From Candidatus Omnitrophota bacterium (GTDB lineage Bacteria > Omnitrophota > Gorgyraeia > 2-01-FULL-45-10), in contig JAUYOL010000036.1 of the NCBI GenBank assembly GCA_030695905.1, positions 118,814 to 182,813 of the forward strand: a stretch of DNA of 64,000 nt. The letters are read 5' to 3'. The notes under the pieces were generated by a model. That model was not told the DNA's origin and did not search any database. It worked only from the letters and a program-made list of their open reading frames with translations. A program made the position numbers and the translations under genes. Positions 49,624 through 62,700 of the stretch are shown here, piece by piece (within the stretch, counting starts at the first letter, position 1; each line of letters opens with the position of its first letter).

Positions 49624-51087
49624 CTATAGCCTATTCCTGCTATTTGGATCCGCCGATAGATAGGTATAGAAATAATATCCAAAATCATCAAAACATTTCC
49701 CTTTTACTGTCCGTACAACCGATTTAAACAGCGCTTTGTAATTGTTAATCACGAACAGGGCCAATTTTATGAGGAAGCCGGGGTTTTTTAAAAAGAACAG
49801 GATATTTTTATACCTGTTTGCCCTGAGAAACGTATTCCTGTAGTCAGACAAGATTTTCTGATCCAAACTGACCTTCCAAATGTTATTATTGCGGACATAC
49901 CAATTGGACATATCGCGCTCCAATATCCTGTTCTCCTTAACAGCCTGTTCGTAAAGTTCCGACCCCGGATATGGTGTAGCAAAATAACACGTCACAAAAT
50001 CCAAATCCATTTTAGAAGAAGAGCTTATTGTCTCCTTAAGATCCCCTGCAGAATCATCCGGAAACCCGAATATGAATGAACCCAGCGCTCTCATGCCGAT
50101 AGCCCTGGTCATCTTTACAGATTCCGAGACCTGTTTGAAATTCGTTCTTTTCTTAATTTTATTCAGCACTCTTTCGGAGCAGCTTTCTATGCCGTATTCC
50201 ACCTGAACACAACCGGCCCGTCTTATGGCTTTTAACATGCGTTCGTTGACAGTATCAGCCCTGCTATAACATGCCCACTTAATATCGTATTTTTTCGTTA
50301 TAAATTTCTCAGAAAATTCTTCAACCCACTTGGAACCCATGAGAAAGGTATCGTCCATAAAATAGAGCCCGTCTACGTTATACTTTGATGCAATAAGATC
50401 GATCTCTTCCAAAACGTTATCGACGCTTCTCCTCCGATAGGTATTGCCCCATAGATAATTAACGCCGCAATACGTGCATCTTCCGGGACACCCGCGGCTC
50501 GTTGTTATGTTCGCACACCTTCTGGTCCAGACGCCTCTTATAAGACCCGGCGGCTGCAGGTAAGTCTCGTAGTTTACCAGCTCCCTGGCCGGGAAGGCGA
50601 GTGTATCCAAGTCTTCTATTAGTTTTCTCGGAGGGTTGACGGTTATGCCGCCGTCCCGGCCCCTGAAGATCAGGCCGTGTATTTTCGAAAGATCGCTGGA
50701 ACCGTGCCTCAAACAGTCGCACAGTTCGCACATTGTAACCTCTCCCTCCCCATAAATTATATAATCGACTCCGAGCTCATCCATGAACTTGCTTTTAAAA
50801 TAAGAGGGATGTATACCACCCGCTACGATAGGAACGCCAGGCATCAGGTTTTTTATGAGCCCTATAACGGTTTTTGCCAGTTTCAGCTGCGGCGTAGTTA
50901 CGCTTATGCCTACGATATCTGGCTTACGATCTCTAATCCTATTTAAAAGGCCAAGGTCTTTCTCCGTAATATCAAGGAAAATTACGTCATGATTGTTCTT
51001 CATCAAGCTTGAAGCAACGTACCCTAGCCCCAGAGGGAAAAAATTTAAATTTATATCCCTGGGATAGATTAAGCAGACATTGGCCAT
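49624..51087 (-). CDS. Cobalamin-binding radical SAM protein
   Basis: FPLGLGYVAS, GGIHPS, GEGE, TSRGCPGRCTYC, FMDDTF, GIES, FIFGFP, PYPGS. Confidence 0.93.
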   Translation of the reverse strand: MANVCLIYPRDINLNFFPLGLGYVASSLMKNNHDVIFLDITEKDLGLLNRIRDRKPDIVGISVTTPQLKLAKTVIGLIKNLMPGVPIVAGGIHPSYFKSKFMDELGVDYIIYGEGEVTMCELCDCLRHGSSDLSKIHGLIFRGRDGGITVNPPRKLIEDLDTLAFPARELVNYETYLQPPGLIRGVWTRRCANITTSRGCPGRCTYCGVNYLWGNTYRRRSVDNVLEEIDLIASKYNVDGLYFMDDTFLMGSKWVEEFSEKFITKKYDIKWACYSRADTVNERMLKAIRRAGCVQVEYGIESCSERVLNKIKKRTNFKQVSESVKMTRAIGMRALGSFIFGFPDDSAGDLKETISSSSKMDLDFVTCYFATPYPGSELYEQAVKENRILERDMSNWYVRNNNIWKVSLDQKILSDYRNTFLRANRYKNILFFLKNPGFLIKLALFVINNYKALFKSVVRTVKGKCFDDFGYYFYTYLSADPNSRNRL

Positions 51088-51106
51088 TTTATTTCTTTCG
51101 TAGTCA

Positions 51107-54101
<2,995 letters not shown>

Positions 54102-54115
54102 CGGTCAATGCCTCC

Positions 54116-56077
54116 TTAGTCTGTCGCTTCTGCTCTTTCAGACCACTCCTGAAACATCAAGATGGTCCATAGAAAATACTGCCAATTTCGTTTGCCGGAA
54201 AGGTGCTCTTTCCATCGCGTACGAATAAATTGCGCGTCAAACAACCCTTCCCGCTGCAAGCGGGATTCGTCCAGCAAGTTTTGAGCCCAATCTTTAAGCC
54301 TGCCGCGCATCCAGTCACCTACAGGAACACCAAAACCCATCTTGGGCCGCTCGATGAGCGACTTAGGAATATACTTATATAACAGGCACCTTAACATCCA
54401 TTTGGTCTGTCCATCACGCATCTTCATGGATAGAGGCAGACTCCATACCAGGTCGATGATCCTATGATCGAGAAAAGGGATCCTCGTTTCAAGGCTGTTG
54501 AACATGGCCGCACGGTCGACCTTGACCAGTATGTCATCCGGCAAATAAGTCATGCTATCCATATACATCATCTGGACCTTATAGTCCGCGAAGGTTTCTT
54601 TCAGCCCTGTTTCGGTAAGCCATGTACCGGGCTCCCTGGCATCGATAACCACGCGATCCGGGTCGGCGATCTCAGATACCAGGCTGTAGTAAAGAGACCC
54701 GACACCATCGACATTCTCCAGGCGTGTAGAAAGCTTTTCCAGTTTCTCGCCCATATTGGATGGTAAGGTGAAAAATTTGCCGATATACCTGAAAACGCGA
54801 TCCCAGGTCGATGGCGCAATCGCCTTTATCAAACGCCCGGCAGACTTCCTGATCGCGAACGGGACCCTGGAAACATTTTTCCACATATCGGCCAATGCGT
54901 AGCGGTTATATCCGCAAAATAATTCGTCTCCGGCATCGCCGGACAATGAGACCTTGACATATTTGCGCGCCATTTGAGAGATCAGAAAAGTAGGTATTTG
55001 TGAGGAATCCGCAAACGGCTCGTCATACATGCTGCCCAGCTTGGGGATAACCTGCATAGCTTCCGCAGGCGACACATATTGCTCGGTATGATCCGTGCCA
55101 AGGTGCCCGGAAACGGCTTTTGCGTATTCGGCTTCGTTGTAACCCATCTCTTTAAACCCAACAGAAAATGTCTTGACCGGACGGCCTGACTGGGCCTGCA
55201 TCAACGCAACGACCGTTGAAGAATCTATCCCCCCTGAAAGAAAAACACCTAAAGGCACATCCGCAACCATCTGCAGCTTTATCGCGCGTTTCAGCCGCTC
55301 CTCAAGTTCGGATATGGCATCCGCTTCATTTCCCGCAAACGGTCTCGCGATACCGTTCGCCGCGACCTCAGACAATCTCCAGTAGGCCTCAGGTTTAGCC
55401 GAACGCAGCGTATCAGGCCCGTGCGCGGCCTTAAAACTTATATAATGGCCCGGCAGGAGCTTGAATATGCCTTTATAAATAGAGTAAGGCGCAGGAATAT
55501 AGCAATGTCTCAAATACAGACAGATAACGTCCCTGTCGATCTCTCCGACAAAGTCCGGATGGCGTTTAAGTGCCTTCAATTCGGAGCCAAAAATAAGCGT
55601 GCCTTTCTGAAACCCGTAATAAAGCGGCTTTTCGCCGATGCGGTCCCGCGCTAGCGTAAGCACTTTTTCCTTACGATCCCAAAGCGCGATAGCGAACATA
55701 CCAACGGTTCTTTTAAGCGTCTGGTCTATACCCCATTTTTCAAACCCGGCCAATAATGTTTCCGTATCCGAATGGCCGCGCCAGCCTTTATCGTTGTTCA
55801 GCTCTTGCCTCATCTCCAAGTGATTATAGATCTCTCCGTTGAATACAATTACATAACGCCCGGACACGGAGGTCATAGGCTGGTCTCCGGCCGAAGTAAG
55901 ATCAAGTATAGAAAGACGGCGATGCGCCAGCGCGATGCCGGCGTTTTCGTCGGTCCATACGCCGCTGGAATCCGGGCCGCGATGACTTAAAGAATTCGCC
56001 ATCGAAATGCCGATGGAAGCCATTTCCGGATCCTTAAGCGCATTATCTGCCGTAACAAATCCCGTTATGCCGCACAT
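54116..56077 (-). CDS. asnB: Asparagine synthase (glutamine-hydrolysing)-like amidotransferase
   Basis: MCGITG, HRGPD, HRRLSILDL, NGEIYNH, RDRIGEKPLYY, FLSGGIDSS, DEPFADSS, SGDAGDELFCGY, KVDRAAM; GGAGG in the gap downstream serves the next gene. Confidence 0.92.
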   Translation of the reverse strand: MCGITGFVTADNALKDPEMASIGISMANSLSHRGPDSSGVWTDENAGIALAHRRLSILDLTSAGDQPMTSVSGRYVIVFNGEIYNHLEMRQELNNDKGWRGHSDTETLLAGFEKWGIDQTLKRTVGMFAIALWDRKEKVLTLARDRIGEKPLYYGFQKGTLIFGSELKALKRHPDFVGEIDRDVICLYLRHCYIPAPYSIYKGIFKLLPGHYISFKAAHGPDTLRSAKPEAYWRLSEVAANGIARPFAGNEADAISELEERLKRAIKLQMVADVPLGVFLSGGIDSSTVVALMQAQSGRPVKTFSVGFKEMGYNEAEYAKAVSGHLGTDHTEQYVSPAEAMQVIPKLGSMYDEPFADSSQIPTFLISQMARKYVKVSLSGDAGDELFCGYNRYALADMWKNVSRVPFAIRKSAGRLIKAIAPSTWDRVFRYIGKFFTLPSNMGEKLEKLSTRLENVDGVGSLYYSLVSEIADPDRVVIDAREPGTWLTETGLKETFADYKVQMMYMDSMTYLPDDILVKVDRAAMFNSLETRIPFLDHRIIDLVWSLPLSMKMRDGQTKWMLRCLLYKYIPKSLIERPKMGFGVPVGDWMRGRLKDWAQNLLDESRLQREGLFDAQFIRTRWKEHLSGKRNWQYFLWTILMFQEWSERAEATD

Positions 56078-57198
56078 ATATTGCCTCTGATCTTCCCGTA
56101 AACCGACTCATATTTTTTTACCATAGCGGAAAGGCTGAATCTTTCGCAAACCCGCGATCTCGCATTGCTTCCCAGTTCTCCCGCTTTATCCGGATTACTC
56201 AAGATATAGTCTATCGCGTCCGCTATTGCCTCGGGATCCTTTTCGGGAATAAGTAACCCGTTAAGCCTATTTTCAATTATTTCCGGGACCCCCCCTACAT
56301 TCGTGGCTATAACTGCCTTGCCGGAAAACATCGCTTCGATAATACTAAGCCCAAAACCTTCTTCGAGTGAGGGGTGAACCACGATATCCATTATCGATAA
56401 CAGGTCCGGGATGTCCTTCCTGTACCCTGTAAATATTACCTTCTCTCTCAGGTCAAGCAGGTCTCTTAAGGCAACCAGTCTCTCCTCTAATATGCCGTCG
56501 CCTACAAGCAGAAATTTGACATCCTGCCTTTTCCGGCAGACGATATCGGCAGCACGGATCAAATACTCATGACCTTTTCTCGGATGAAATATACCGACGG
56601 TACCGATTATCTTGACATCATCATCTATCTTCAGTTCGCGTCTGACCTTGGCCCCTGCGTCCATTAAAGGATCAAATCGTTTCAGATCAATACCGTTATG
56701 GATGACCGATATTTTTTTATCGGCGATTCCGTCTAACCGGACTAAGATATCTTTCACGCCGTAAGAGATAGCTATGATATGTTTTGCCCTCTTTAAAACC
56801 CATCTATCCAGGAACCGTTGAAAACTGTTACCGTAAAGATAGAGCATGTTGGAGTAGTGCTTTGTTATCAAAACCGCTGTCTTCCCAGAAAAGATGCCGG
56901 CGAGATAACCTACTATACCTGCATGAAATAGATGGGTATGCAAAATATCAATTTTATTTCGTTTTATGATCTGCACCAGTTTTATAATAGCCGCGGGCAA
57001 ACAGATTATATTGTCGTATCCCAGCGAATAACACTTTTGGCTCAGTTTCTCGATTTCAGCGTGTAAATCACCTCTTTTTTTAAGCGTGCAAAATAACAAC
57101 TCAAATCTTGATCTATCATATTCCCCGGCTATGCCTATAAGTAATTTCTCAGCACCGGCTATTTTAGAGTCTGTCGTAAGATGCAATATTCTTGTCAT
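56065..57198 (-). CDS. GT4 glycosyltransferase
   Basis: GAEK, DILHTH, VIHNGID, RKGHEYL, PSLEEGFGLSIIEAM, TNVGGVPE. Confidence 0.92.
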   Translation of the reverse strand: MTRILHLTTDSKIAGAEKLLIGIAGEYDRSRFELLFCTLKKRGDLHAEIEKLSQKCYSLGYDNIICLPAAIIKLVQIIKRNKIDILHTHLFHAGIVGYLAGIFSGKTAVLITKHYSNMLYLYGNSFQRFLDRWVLKRAKHIIAISYGVKDILVRLDGIADKKISVIHNGIDLKRFDPLMDAGAKVRRELKIDDDVKIIGTVGIFHPRKGHEYLIRAADIVCRKRQDVKFLLVGDGILEERLVALRDLLDLREKVIFTGYRKDIPDLLSIMDIVVHPSLEEGFGLSIIEAMFSGKAVIATNVGGVPEIIENRLNGLLIPEKDPEAIADAIDYILSNPDKAGELGSNARSRVCERFSLSAMVKKYESVYGKIRGNICAA

Positions 57199-57211
57199 TT
57201 TTTTAACTTAT

Positions 57212-58006
57212 TCATACTTTCTTAGCGACGATGATTATTCCATTCCCGCTCTTATTTACCTTTGCGACGTCTAAAATCATTAGTATCGTAACAAGCGGTT
57301 GAACAAATAAAAAATAGAGTGGGAATAAGGCCAAAAATAGTAACGGGCGAAACTGGCACATGCAGAACAATTCATAACCTAAGGCGCCAAGTTTCCCAAA
57401 AGATATCCGCGTGTCGATAATCTTGAGTTTATTCTTTTCAATGATCCCGGTTATCTCGCTTAAGGCGTACCCTTCCCGGACATGCTCCAGGCTATGCGGT
57501 TTAAAAAAATCGGCATTTCTCAAGAACGGTAGCACTCTTTTTTGGGGACTTGCCGGCACACCAACGATTAAAATACCATCTCTCTTAAGCGCTTTAAAGA
57601 ATGTCGCGACCACGGCATTATCTTTTTCAATATGCTCCAAAACATCCGTGCATAGTATAAGATCGAATTGATTATCCTGCTGCAGGTCAACAAGATCTGA
57701 ATGCCTGGTTTCAATATTAAGATTCTCCCTGTTTATAAACGGCCTAAAATTTTCTATCCTGGACTTATCGATATCAACGGCGCAAATCTTAGCCCGCGGG
57801 AACGCCCTTGACAAATAGTAACTATACTGCCCAAAACCTACCCCGGCATCAAGTATATTCAATGTTTCTTTTTCCCTGCCCTTGAGCGCAGCTTTGAGCG
57901 CGCACTTTACGTACCATTCCGTCAATATATTCAGAGAAAGGTAAAGATAATACCCTTTTCTTATCAACGAATTTTCGGATAACTTTTTCTTAATAAACTT
58001 TTTCAT
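57212..58006 (-). CDS. Class I SAM-dependent methyltransferase
   Basis: ILDAGVGFG, AVDID, FDLILCTDVLEHI, HVREGY. Start moved to ATG at 58006 (MKKFIK). Confidence 0.87.
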   Translation of the reverse strand: MKKFIKKKLSENSLIRKGYYLYLSLNILTEWYVKCALKAALKGREKETLNILDAGVGFGQYSYYLSRAFPRAKICAVDIDKSRIENFRPFINRENLNIETRHSDLVDLQQDNQFDLILCTDVLEHIEKDNAVVATFFKALKRDGILIVGVPASPQKRVLPFLRNADFFKPHSLEHVREGYALSEITGIIEKNKLKIIDTRISFGKLGALGYELFCMCQFRPLLFLALFPLYFLFVQPLVTILMILDVAKVNKSGNGIIIVAKKV

Positions 58007-59240
58007 AAGCTCGCGCCAACACCTTGGAATACTCGTTCTGTTCATGAAGCGCCGACTTCTCCGGATCCATCAAAGTTAACACCTTTTCGCGGGCATTTTT
58101 ACCCATCTTCTTCCCGTCAGCAGGGCTTGCTAATATGCTGTCTATCCTGTCGGCCAACGCCATCCAGTCCCTGTTAGGCACCAGGTAACCGGTCTCTCCA
58201 TCAACAACAACCTCTCTCTGCCAGTCATAGTCATATGCGATGATCGGCACTCCGGCAAGCGCAGACTCAACCAATGCCCTACCCATGTGCGGTGAAATAA
58301 TAGCTGTTGCTTTAGGTAAAACGGCGGCGATCCACTCTTGAGCGCGGTTGCCGGCAAAGATCACCGCGTCTTCAACCTTCAGCGAGGTTGCCAGGGCCTC
58401 GAGTTCCTTTCTTATCGGTCCGTCTCCGATTATAAGGCCCTTGACGCGGCGCCCCCGCTTGATAAGTTCAGCGACAACGCGGATCATGTCTTCAATGAGT
58501 TTCATTGGAACAAGACGCGATACGGTCGCCAGGACCTTTTCATCCTTTATTCCAAGCCCGGCAAGCTGCGTGTCGCCGTCGGAACGCACGGCCGGTTCCT
58601 GCCAGTGATCCTTGTGTATAAGATTACCGTACCTAAAAACCGTCGCGACATCGGGGCGGCCGCCATTCTCCAGGGCATAACGCATATTGTCCTCATTCGC
58701 TCCCGCTATTAAGTCACAGCGCGGGAACACAAATCTTTCTACGATCTTTTCAATCCAGCGAAACTTGAACAGACGCGGCATCACAGGCTTTCCCGTCAAT
58801 CGAAAAATTTCGTCATATCTGAAACAAGCCCTGACAACCAAAGGCACTCTCAGTCTTCTGGCTAAAAATAATCCCATTAATCCCAGATAATACGGATCGC
58901 CTATGCGCACAACTTTTACCTTTAGCTCTCTGGCCATCTTAAGCAATATCCGCGTCAGTTTAATTTGCGCTAAAAACAGATTTAACGGAGGCGCAAACCG
59001 CCAGGTACGACTAACGCCTACTTTCCCCTCTACGAACAGATGCGAGTCATCAAGCCGAGTGATGACGGGATCACCGAACCTGTTATCGCCAGATTCAAAA
59101 ATTCCGGCCAGCGGATGCACGGAAATGACCTTATCAAAATATCCTGCAAGCCTTCTACTGTCCAGCGCCTGCTCCATACGGTTTTCCCTGAACATCTTTA
59201 GCGTATAAGACATATCCAGGACAAGGATCGCTTTTGTCAA
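57990..59240 (-). CDS. GT4 glycosyltransferase (divergent)
   Basis: VSRLVPMK, IIGDGP, V.FAG, GRALVESALAGVPIIAYD, VVDGETGYLV; TTG start. Confidence 0.82.
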   Translation of the reverse strand: MTKAILVLDMSYTLKMFRENRMEQALDSRRLAGYFDKVISVHPLAGIFESGDNRFGDPVITRLDDSHLFVEGKVGVSRTWRFAPPLNLFLAQIKLTRILLKMARELKVKVVRIGDPYYLGLMGLFLARRLRVPLVVRACFRYDEIFRLTGKPVMPRLFKFRWIEKIVERFVFPRCDLIAGANEDNMRYALENGGRPDVATVFRYGNLIHKDHWQEPAVRSDGDTQLAGLGIKDEKVLATVSRLVPMKLIEDMIRVVAELIKRGRRVKGLIIGDGPIRKELEALATSLKVEDAVIFAGNRAQEWIAAVLPKATAIISPHMGRALVESALAGVPIIAYDYDWQREVVVDGETGYLVPNRDWMALADRIDSILASPADGKKMGKNAREKVLTLMDPEKSALHEQNEYSKVLARAYEKVY

Positions 59241-59243
59241 TTT

Positions 59244-60116
59244 TTAGTACCTGCCTATTAATTTCAAATGAAACTTAAGCGGAATTTTCAAAACTATAAA
59301 ACGGTATAAAAGATATAAGGCACTCCTTAACCTTTCAGGGAGCATAGCCGCTACCTTCTTTAATGAATCACTCCTTTTTGATTGCGCGTCTTTTGCGGCC
59401 TGAGCGCCTGGCCACCTTTTTAAATATTGGCCTTGCTGGATAGAGGCATTAAAAGTAGACGTATCCGTTTTTTTAACTACAAAAAACACATAATATATAT
59501 TCTTGCCAAGGCCTCCATAAGAGAGCCTGTCCAGGCATCCCGGCACATATTTATAGGCATCCATTAAATAATTATTCCCGTATCTGGAATATTTCACGAA
59601 TAACGAATCTTTTATTTCCCAGTTATTTGCCGAATAATAATCCCAGAATAATGTCGGTGAAAACATATAAAATCCGTGTTCTACGCAATTCGTTGAAGGC
59701 AAAAAGTGAATTATCCTGCCCCCTGCTTTAAGCATTTTATGGTAATTCTCGAGTACCTTCGGCAGGTTAAATACGTGTTCCGAAGTGCCTCCGTCAAATA
59801 TCAAATCATATTTACCGTGAAGATTGACTGGCACGTCCTTATTTAAGTCATGTATTATTGTGCATTTCTCAAAATCGCTATAATCAAGGCTGTCTATGTT
59901 GTCAAAGCCGGCCGATAAAAATAAATCCACGTCGGTAACGCGAGCGCCCGTGACGGGTTTTTTTAATTCAAAGCCCATATCTTGAGCCCATCTCTTGAAT
60001 ACAAGCGGCGTGACAGGACAGATATCCTGCCTTCCTATGGTCAGCGCATGCCCGGAAAATTTTTCCCTACTACCCTCTCTCATCAAAAGCTTGATTGAGC
60101 CGCGATCAGTACCCAT
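59244..60116 (-). CDS. Methyltransferase-fold protein (divergent motif I)
   Basis: SLDYSDFE..IIHDLN, YDLIFDGGTSEHVFN, LKAGG, HGFYMFSP. Confidence 0.7.
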   Translation of the reverse strand: MGTDRGSIKLLMREGSREKFSGHALTIGRQDICPVTPLVFKRWAQDMGFELKKPVTGARVTDVDLFLSAGFDNIDSLDYSDFEKCTIIHDLNKDVPVNLHGKYDLIFDGGTSEHVFNLPKVLENYHKMLKAGGRIIHFLPSTNCVEHGFYMFSPTLFWDYYSANNWEIKDSLFVKYSRYGNNYLMDAYKYVPGCLDRLSYGGLGKNIYYVFFVVKKTDTSTFNASIQQGQYLKRWPGAQAAKDAQSKRSDSLKKVAAMLPERLRSALYLLYRFIVLKIPLKFHLKLIGRY

Positions 60117-60118
60117 TT

Positions 60119-60841
60119 CTATCCCCTATTTTTCAGGCAAATGAACCATTTACCTATTTGCGCGCCGCCTGTCCAGGCAGAATCCAGAATGTATACAACG
60201 TCATGATATTGCTTAAATTTGCTCGCCCACCAGTCCAGGTTGTTATTGAAATAGGACTGACCGGCGCATTTTACCCACCCCTCATTCTTGCCGCTTTCTG
60301 AAACCGGGATCTGATGAAAAGCTGCGTTTTTCACGATTCTGCTCGATTCTTTTATAGCCCTTGAAATGCCTTCTTCGGTAAAATGTTCGATAGACCCGAT
60401 AGAATACGCATAGTCAAAATAATTGTCTTCATAGCCGGTGTCTGTGACATCGCACACCTTAAGCCGCTCTGCCAGTATCCCCTTAGCCACGGCCCTTTCT
60501 ATCAATAAATCGGAAATATCGCATCCGTAGATCACAACTCCGGGAAACTTCTTCGAAAGTATATCGATCGTCTTACCCGTGCCGCAGGCAATGTCTAATA
60601 TCCGTCCGCGACAATTAGCCAGCAGGAATTGAATCTCGTTCCATACCGTTCCTTCGCCCCAATTCTCCAGTTTGTCCGCAAAGGCCTTATTCCAATATAT
60701 GCCTAAGTCCTGATTCGACGGGTTACGCGGCCTTTTTATGCGCCTTGTGATCTTTGAAATAACCCTGTTATTTACAAATTTCAAAGAATCCCACACTACT
60801 GGCGGGCATAGCCGCTTAAAAACTACTTTATAACTTACCAT
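60119..60841 (-). CDS. Class I SAM-dependent methyltransferase
   Basis: ILDIACGTG, GCDIS, YEDNYFD, SIGSIEHF. Confidence 0.88.
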   Translation of the reverse strand: MVSYKVVFKRLCPPVVWDSLKFVNNRVISKITRRIKRPRNPSNQDLGIYWNKAFADKLENWGEGTVWNEIQFLLANCRGRILDIACGTGKTIDILSKKFPGVVIYGCDISDLLIERAVAKGILAERLKVCDVTDTGYEDNYFDYAYSIGSIEHFTEEGISRAIKESSRIVKNAAFHQIPVSESGKNEGWVKCAGQSYFNNNLDWWASKFKQYHDVVYILDSAWTGGAQIGKWFICLKNRG

Positions 60842-60856
60842 CTCATCTCTTTCGAT

Positions 60857-61702
60857 TTAAAACTTTTTTGGAACTGAGGACGCTTTCATACGGTTCGAAA
60901 TAGCGTCTTTAAAGCTTGGGGTCACGCACCCTTCCCTTTTGTCCGCCAGCGCCTTACAGCCGGATACGCAATATCTGCAAATGTCTTTTCTTAAATTTGG
61001 CCATGCATCCATAAACCTTTCGGGAAAATCATATTTTGCGTATTCCGCGAGCCCAAACAGCATCGCTATCGGTCCGCAGGTGCCTCCGGGCCAGTAACCA
61101 TATGCATTCAATAATACGCCGCATTCCCGCGGAAGGCTGCACACATCCCATTTAAGCCCGAGGTCCACCGGAGCCGAAAGCACATATATAAATGACTCAT
61201 GCGCTTCTTTAGGCGACGCGATAATCTCTATCTTTTTTTCGTTAAAAGCCCTGTCTATATTAGCGTCAAGCCTGCATTCTTTTAAAGCGCTGCTTGAGCC
61301 GATAATACCGTTTGTATATATCTCTATGCGCGCAAGATTCCCGGGAACCATCAATTCGTAGAAAAGCAGCGATATGAAATCATGCAGCCGCGGGTGTAGG
61401 AAAGGCTCTCCGCCAAGTATCTGTATGCGTTTCAAACGAATATTTTTCTGCCTGACCTGGTTTATGAATTTTTCAATTTGCTCAATTTTCATATCCGCGT
61501 CTTTGAGGTGCGGCAGCCCAAGATTACAGAAACGGTTGCACTTAGAACATAATTTGTTGCAACGATACGTGATTTCAAGCTGTATATATTTGACGCGCCA
61601 ATTCTTATCTAAATTTTGCGCGACAGATACTGATGCGCGGTAAATTTTATGCTTTACCCACGGTACTACCTGCCAGATATTATTTTTATTCTTTAAGGAC
61701 AT
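60857..61702 (-). CDS. Small radical SAM protein with Cys-rich C-terminus
   Basis: EITYRCNKLCSKCNRFC, LGGEPFLHP, YTNG, C-terminal CSLPRECG...ICRYC. Start moved to ATG at 61702 (MSLKNK), behind a GGAGA RBS. Confidence 0.85.
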   Translation of the reverse strand: MSLKNKNNIWQVVPWVKHKIYRASVSVAQNLDKNWRVKYIQLEITYRCNKLCSKCNRFCNLGLPHLKDADMKIEQIEKFINQVRQKNIRLKRIQILGGEPFLHPRLHDFISLLFYELMVPGNLARIEIYTNGIIGSSSALKECRLDANIDRAFNEKKIEIIASPKEAHESFIYVLSAPVDLGLKWDVCSLPRECGVLLNAYGYWPGGTCGPIAMLFGLAEYAKYDFPERFMDAWPNLRKDICRYCVSGCKALADKREGCVTPSFKDAISNRMKASSVPKKF

Positions 61703-61704
61703 GC

Positions 61705-62700
61705 CTATCTCCACCATCCGAGCATCGGTTTTATGATCCTTTCGCGGAAAAGGCCGTCGTTCGCCACCCTTGTATTCGGATTGTGCAGCCACCGCCAATA
61801 TATAGCCTCGCCTACACGCTCTTTCGATCCGGCCGGGCATAGTGACCCGGCGGATTTGATTAAAAGTTTTAAAAAAACCTGCCTTGCCTGGTCCTGGATC
61901 AAAACGCCCCATAGTTGAAACTTCCTTAAGAATGATATTCTCGCACCCGCTATCCGGCTAAAATGGTCGCAGAATAATATAAAGAACGGCAGGTACCACC
62001 ATGGCTTATTCTGCCCCCCGAGCGCGGCGCTATAATCCTGTTCGACAGTATTCCATTTGGGGCGCCCGAAGTAAGTAAAAAGTACTTCCGGTACCTGGAT
62101 AAAATCGCCGTAAATAGACAGCTCCTGGATAAACGCCAGCTCCGTCGACATGCTTTTACGCAACATGTGCGTTTGGCGCATCGCCGATGAACGATAAAGC
62201 CCGTAAAGCGCCACTGCCGGAAGCCGCTTCAGGGTTTCGCGGTACCTGCCCGCTAACCCTGAGACGTTCGCGAAGCTGTCAAGAGTGGCGACACGCAACA
62301 GCTCTTCCCTGCCCTCAATATAAGACGCCGTATGCACCTGGCACAGCACCGCACCCGAGGATTGTTCCATCTTCCTGACGCATGCGTTCACAAAAGAACG
62401 CTCCCGTTTATCGTCATGCGCGGCCCACATGAAATATTTTCCTTTAGAGAGCTCAAAAACACGGTTAAAGTTATACAGTATCCCCATATTTTTTTCGGAC
62501 CTGTTGTATTTAATCCTGGGGTCTTTATGCGCATATTCCCGGCAGATCTCAGGAGTCGCGTCCGTAGACCCGTTATCAGAAATGATGATCTCAAGATTAG
62601 CGTAATCCTGTTCCAATAGAGAATCCAGTGCGCGCGATATATGCCTCTCGCCATTAAACACCGGCACGCCTATACTGACTAAAGGTTCTGAATTTTTGAT
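61705..62700 (-). CDS. GT2 glycosyltransferase (start probably upstream of GTG 62667, at ATC 62700)
   Basis: PLVSIGVPVFNGE, EIIISDNGSTD, NFN, YFMWAAHDD; the conserved PLVSIG strand is encoded upstream of the ORF-track start. Confidence 0.85.
   Translation of the reverse strand: MKNSEPLVSIGVPVFNGERHISRALDSLLEQDYANLEIIISDNGSTDATPEICREYAHKDPRIKYNRSEKNMGILYNFNRVFELSKGKYFMWAAHDDKRERSFVNACVRKMEQSSGAVLCQVHTASYIEGREELLRVATLDSFANVSGLAGRYRETLKRLPAVALYGLYRSSAMRQTHMLRKSMSTELAFIQELSIYGDFIQVPEVLFTYFGRPKWNTVEQDYSAALGGQNKPWWYLPFFILFCDHFSRIAGARISFLRKFQLWGVLIQDQARQVFLKLLIKSAGSLCPAGSKERVGEAIYWRWLHNPNTRVANDGLFRERIIKPMLGWWR

Noticed and set aside
49576-49626. TAG readthrough or stop-codon reassignment as a general feature
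   Set aside because: Many genes here end in TAG immediately before or overlapping the next start (4202, 5490, 13827, 14269, 27555, 31257, 60119), so TAG acts as a normal stop.
61703-61912. N-terminal extensions in the ORF track (also 13906, 14315, 17417, 33143, 36897, 38030, 58045)
   Set aside because: They overlap the upstream genes extensively; downstream ATGs with an RBS or coupled stop-start fit better.
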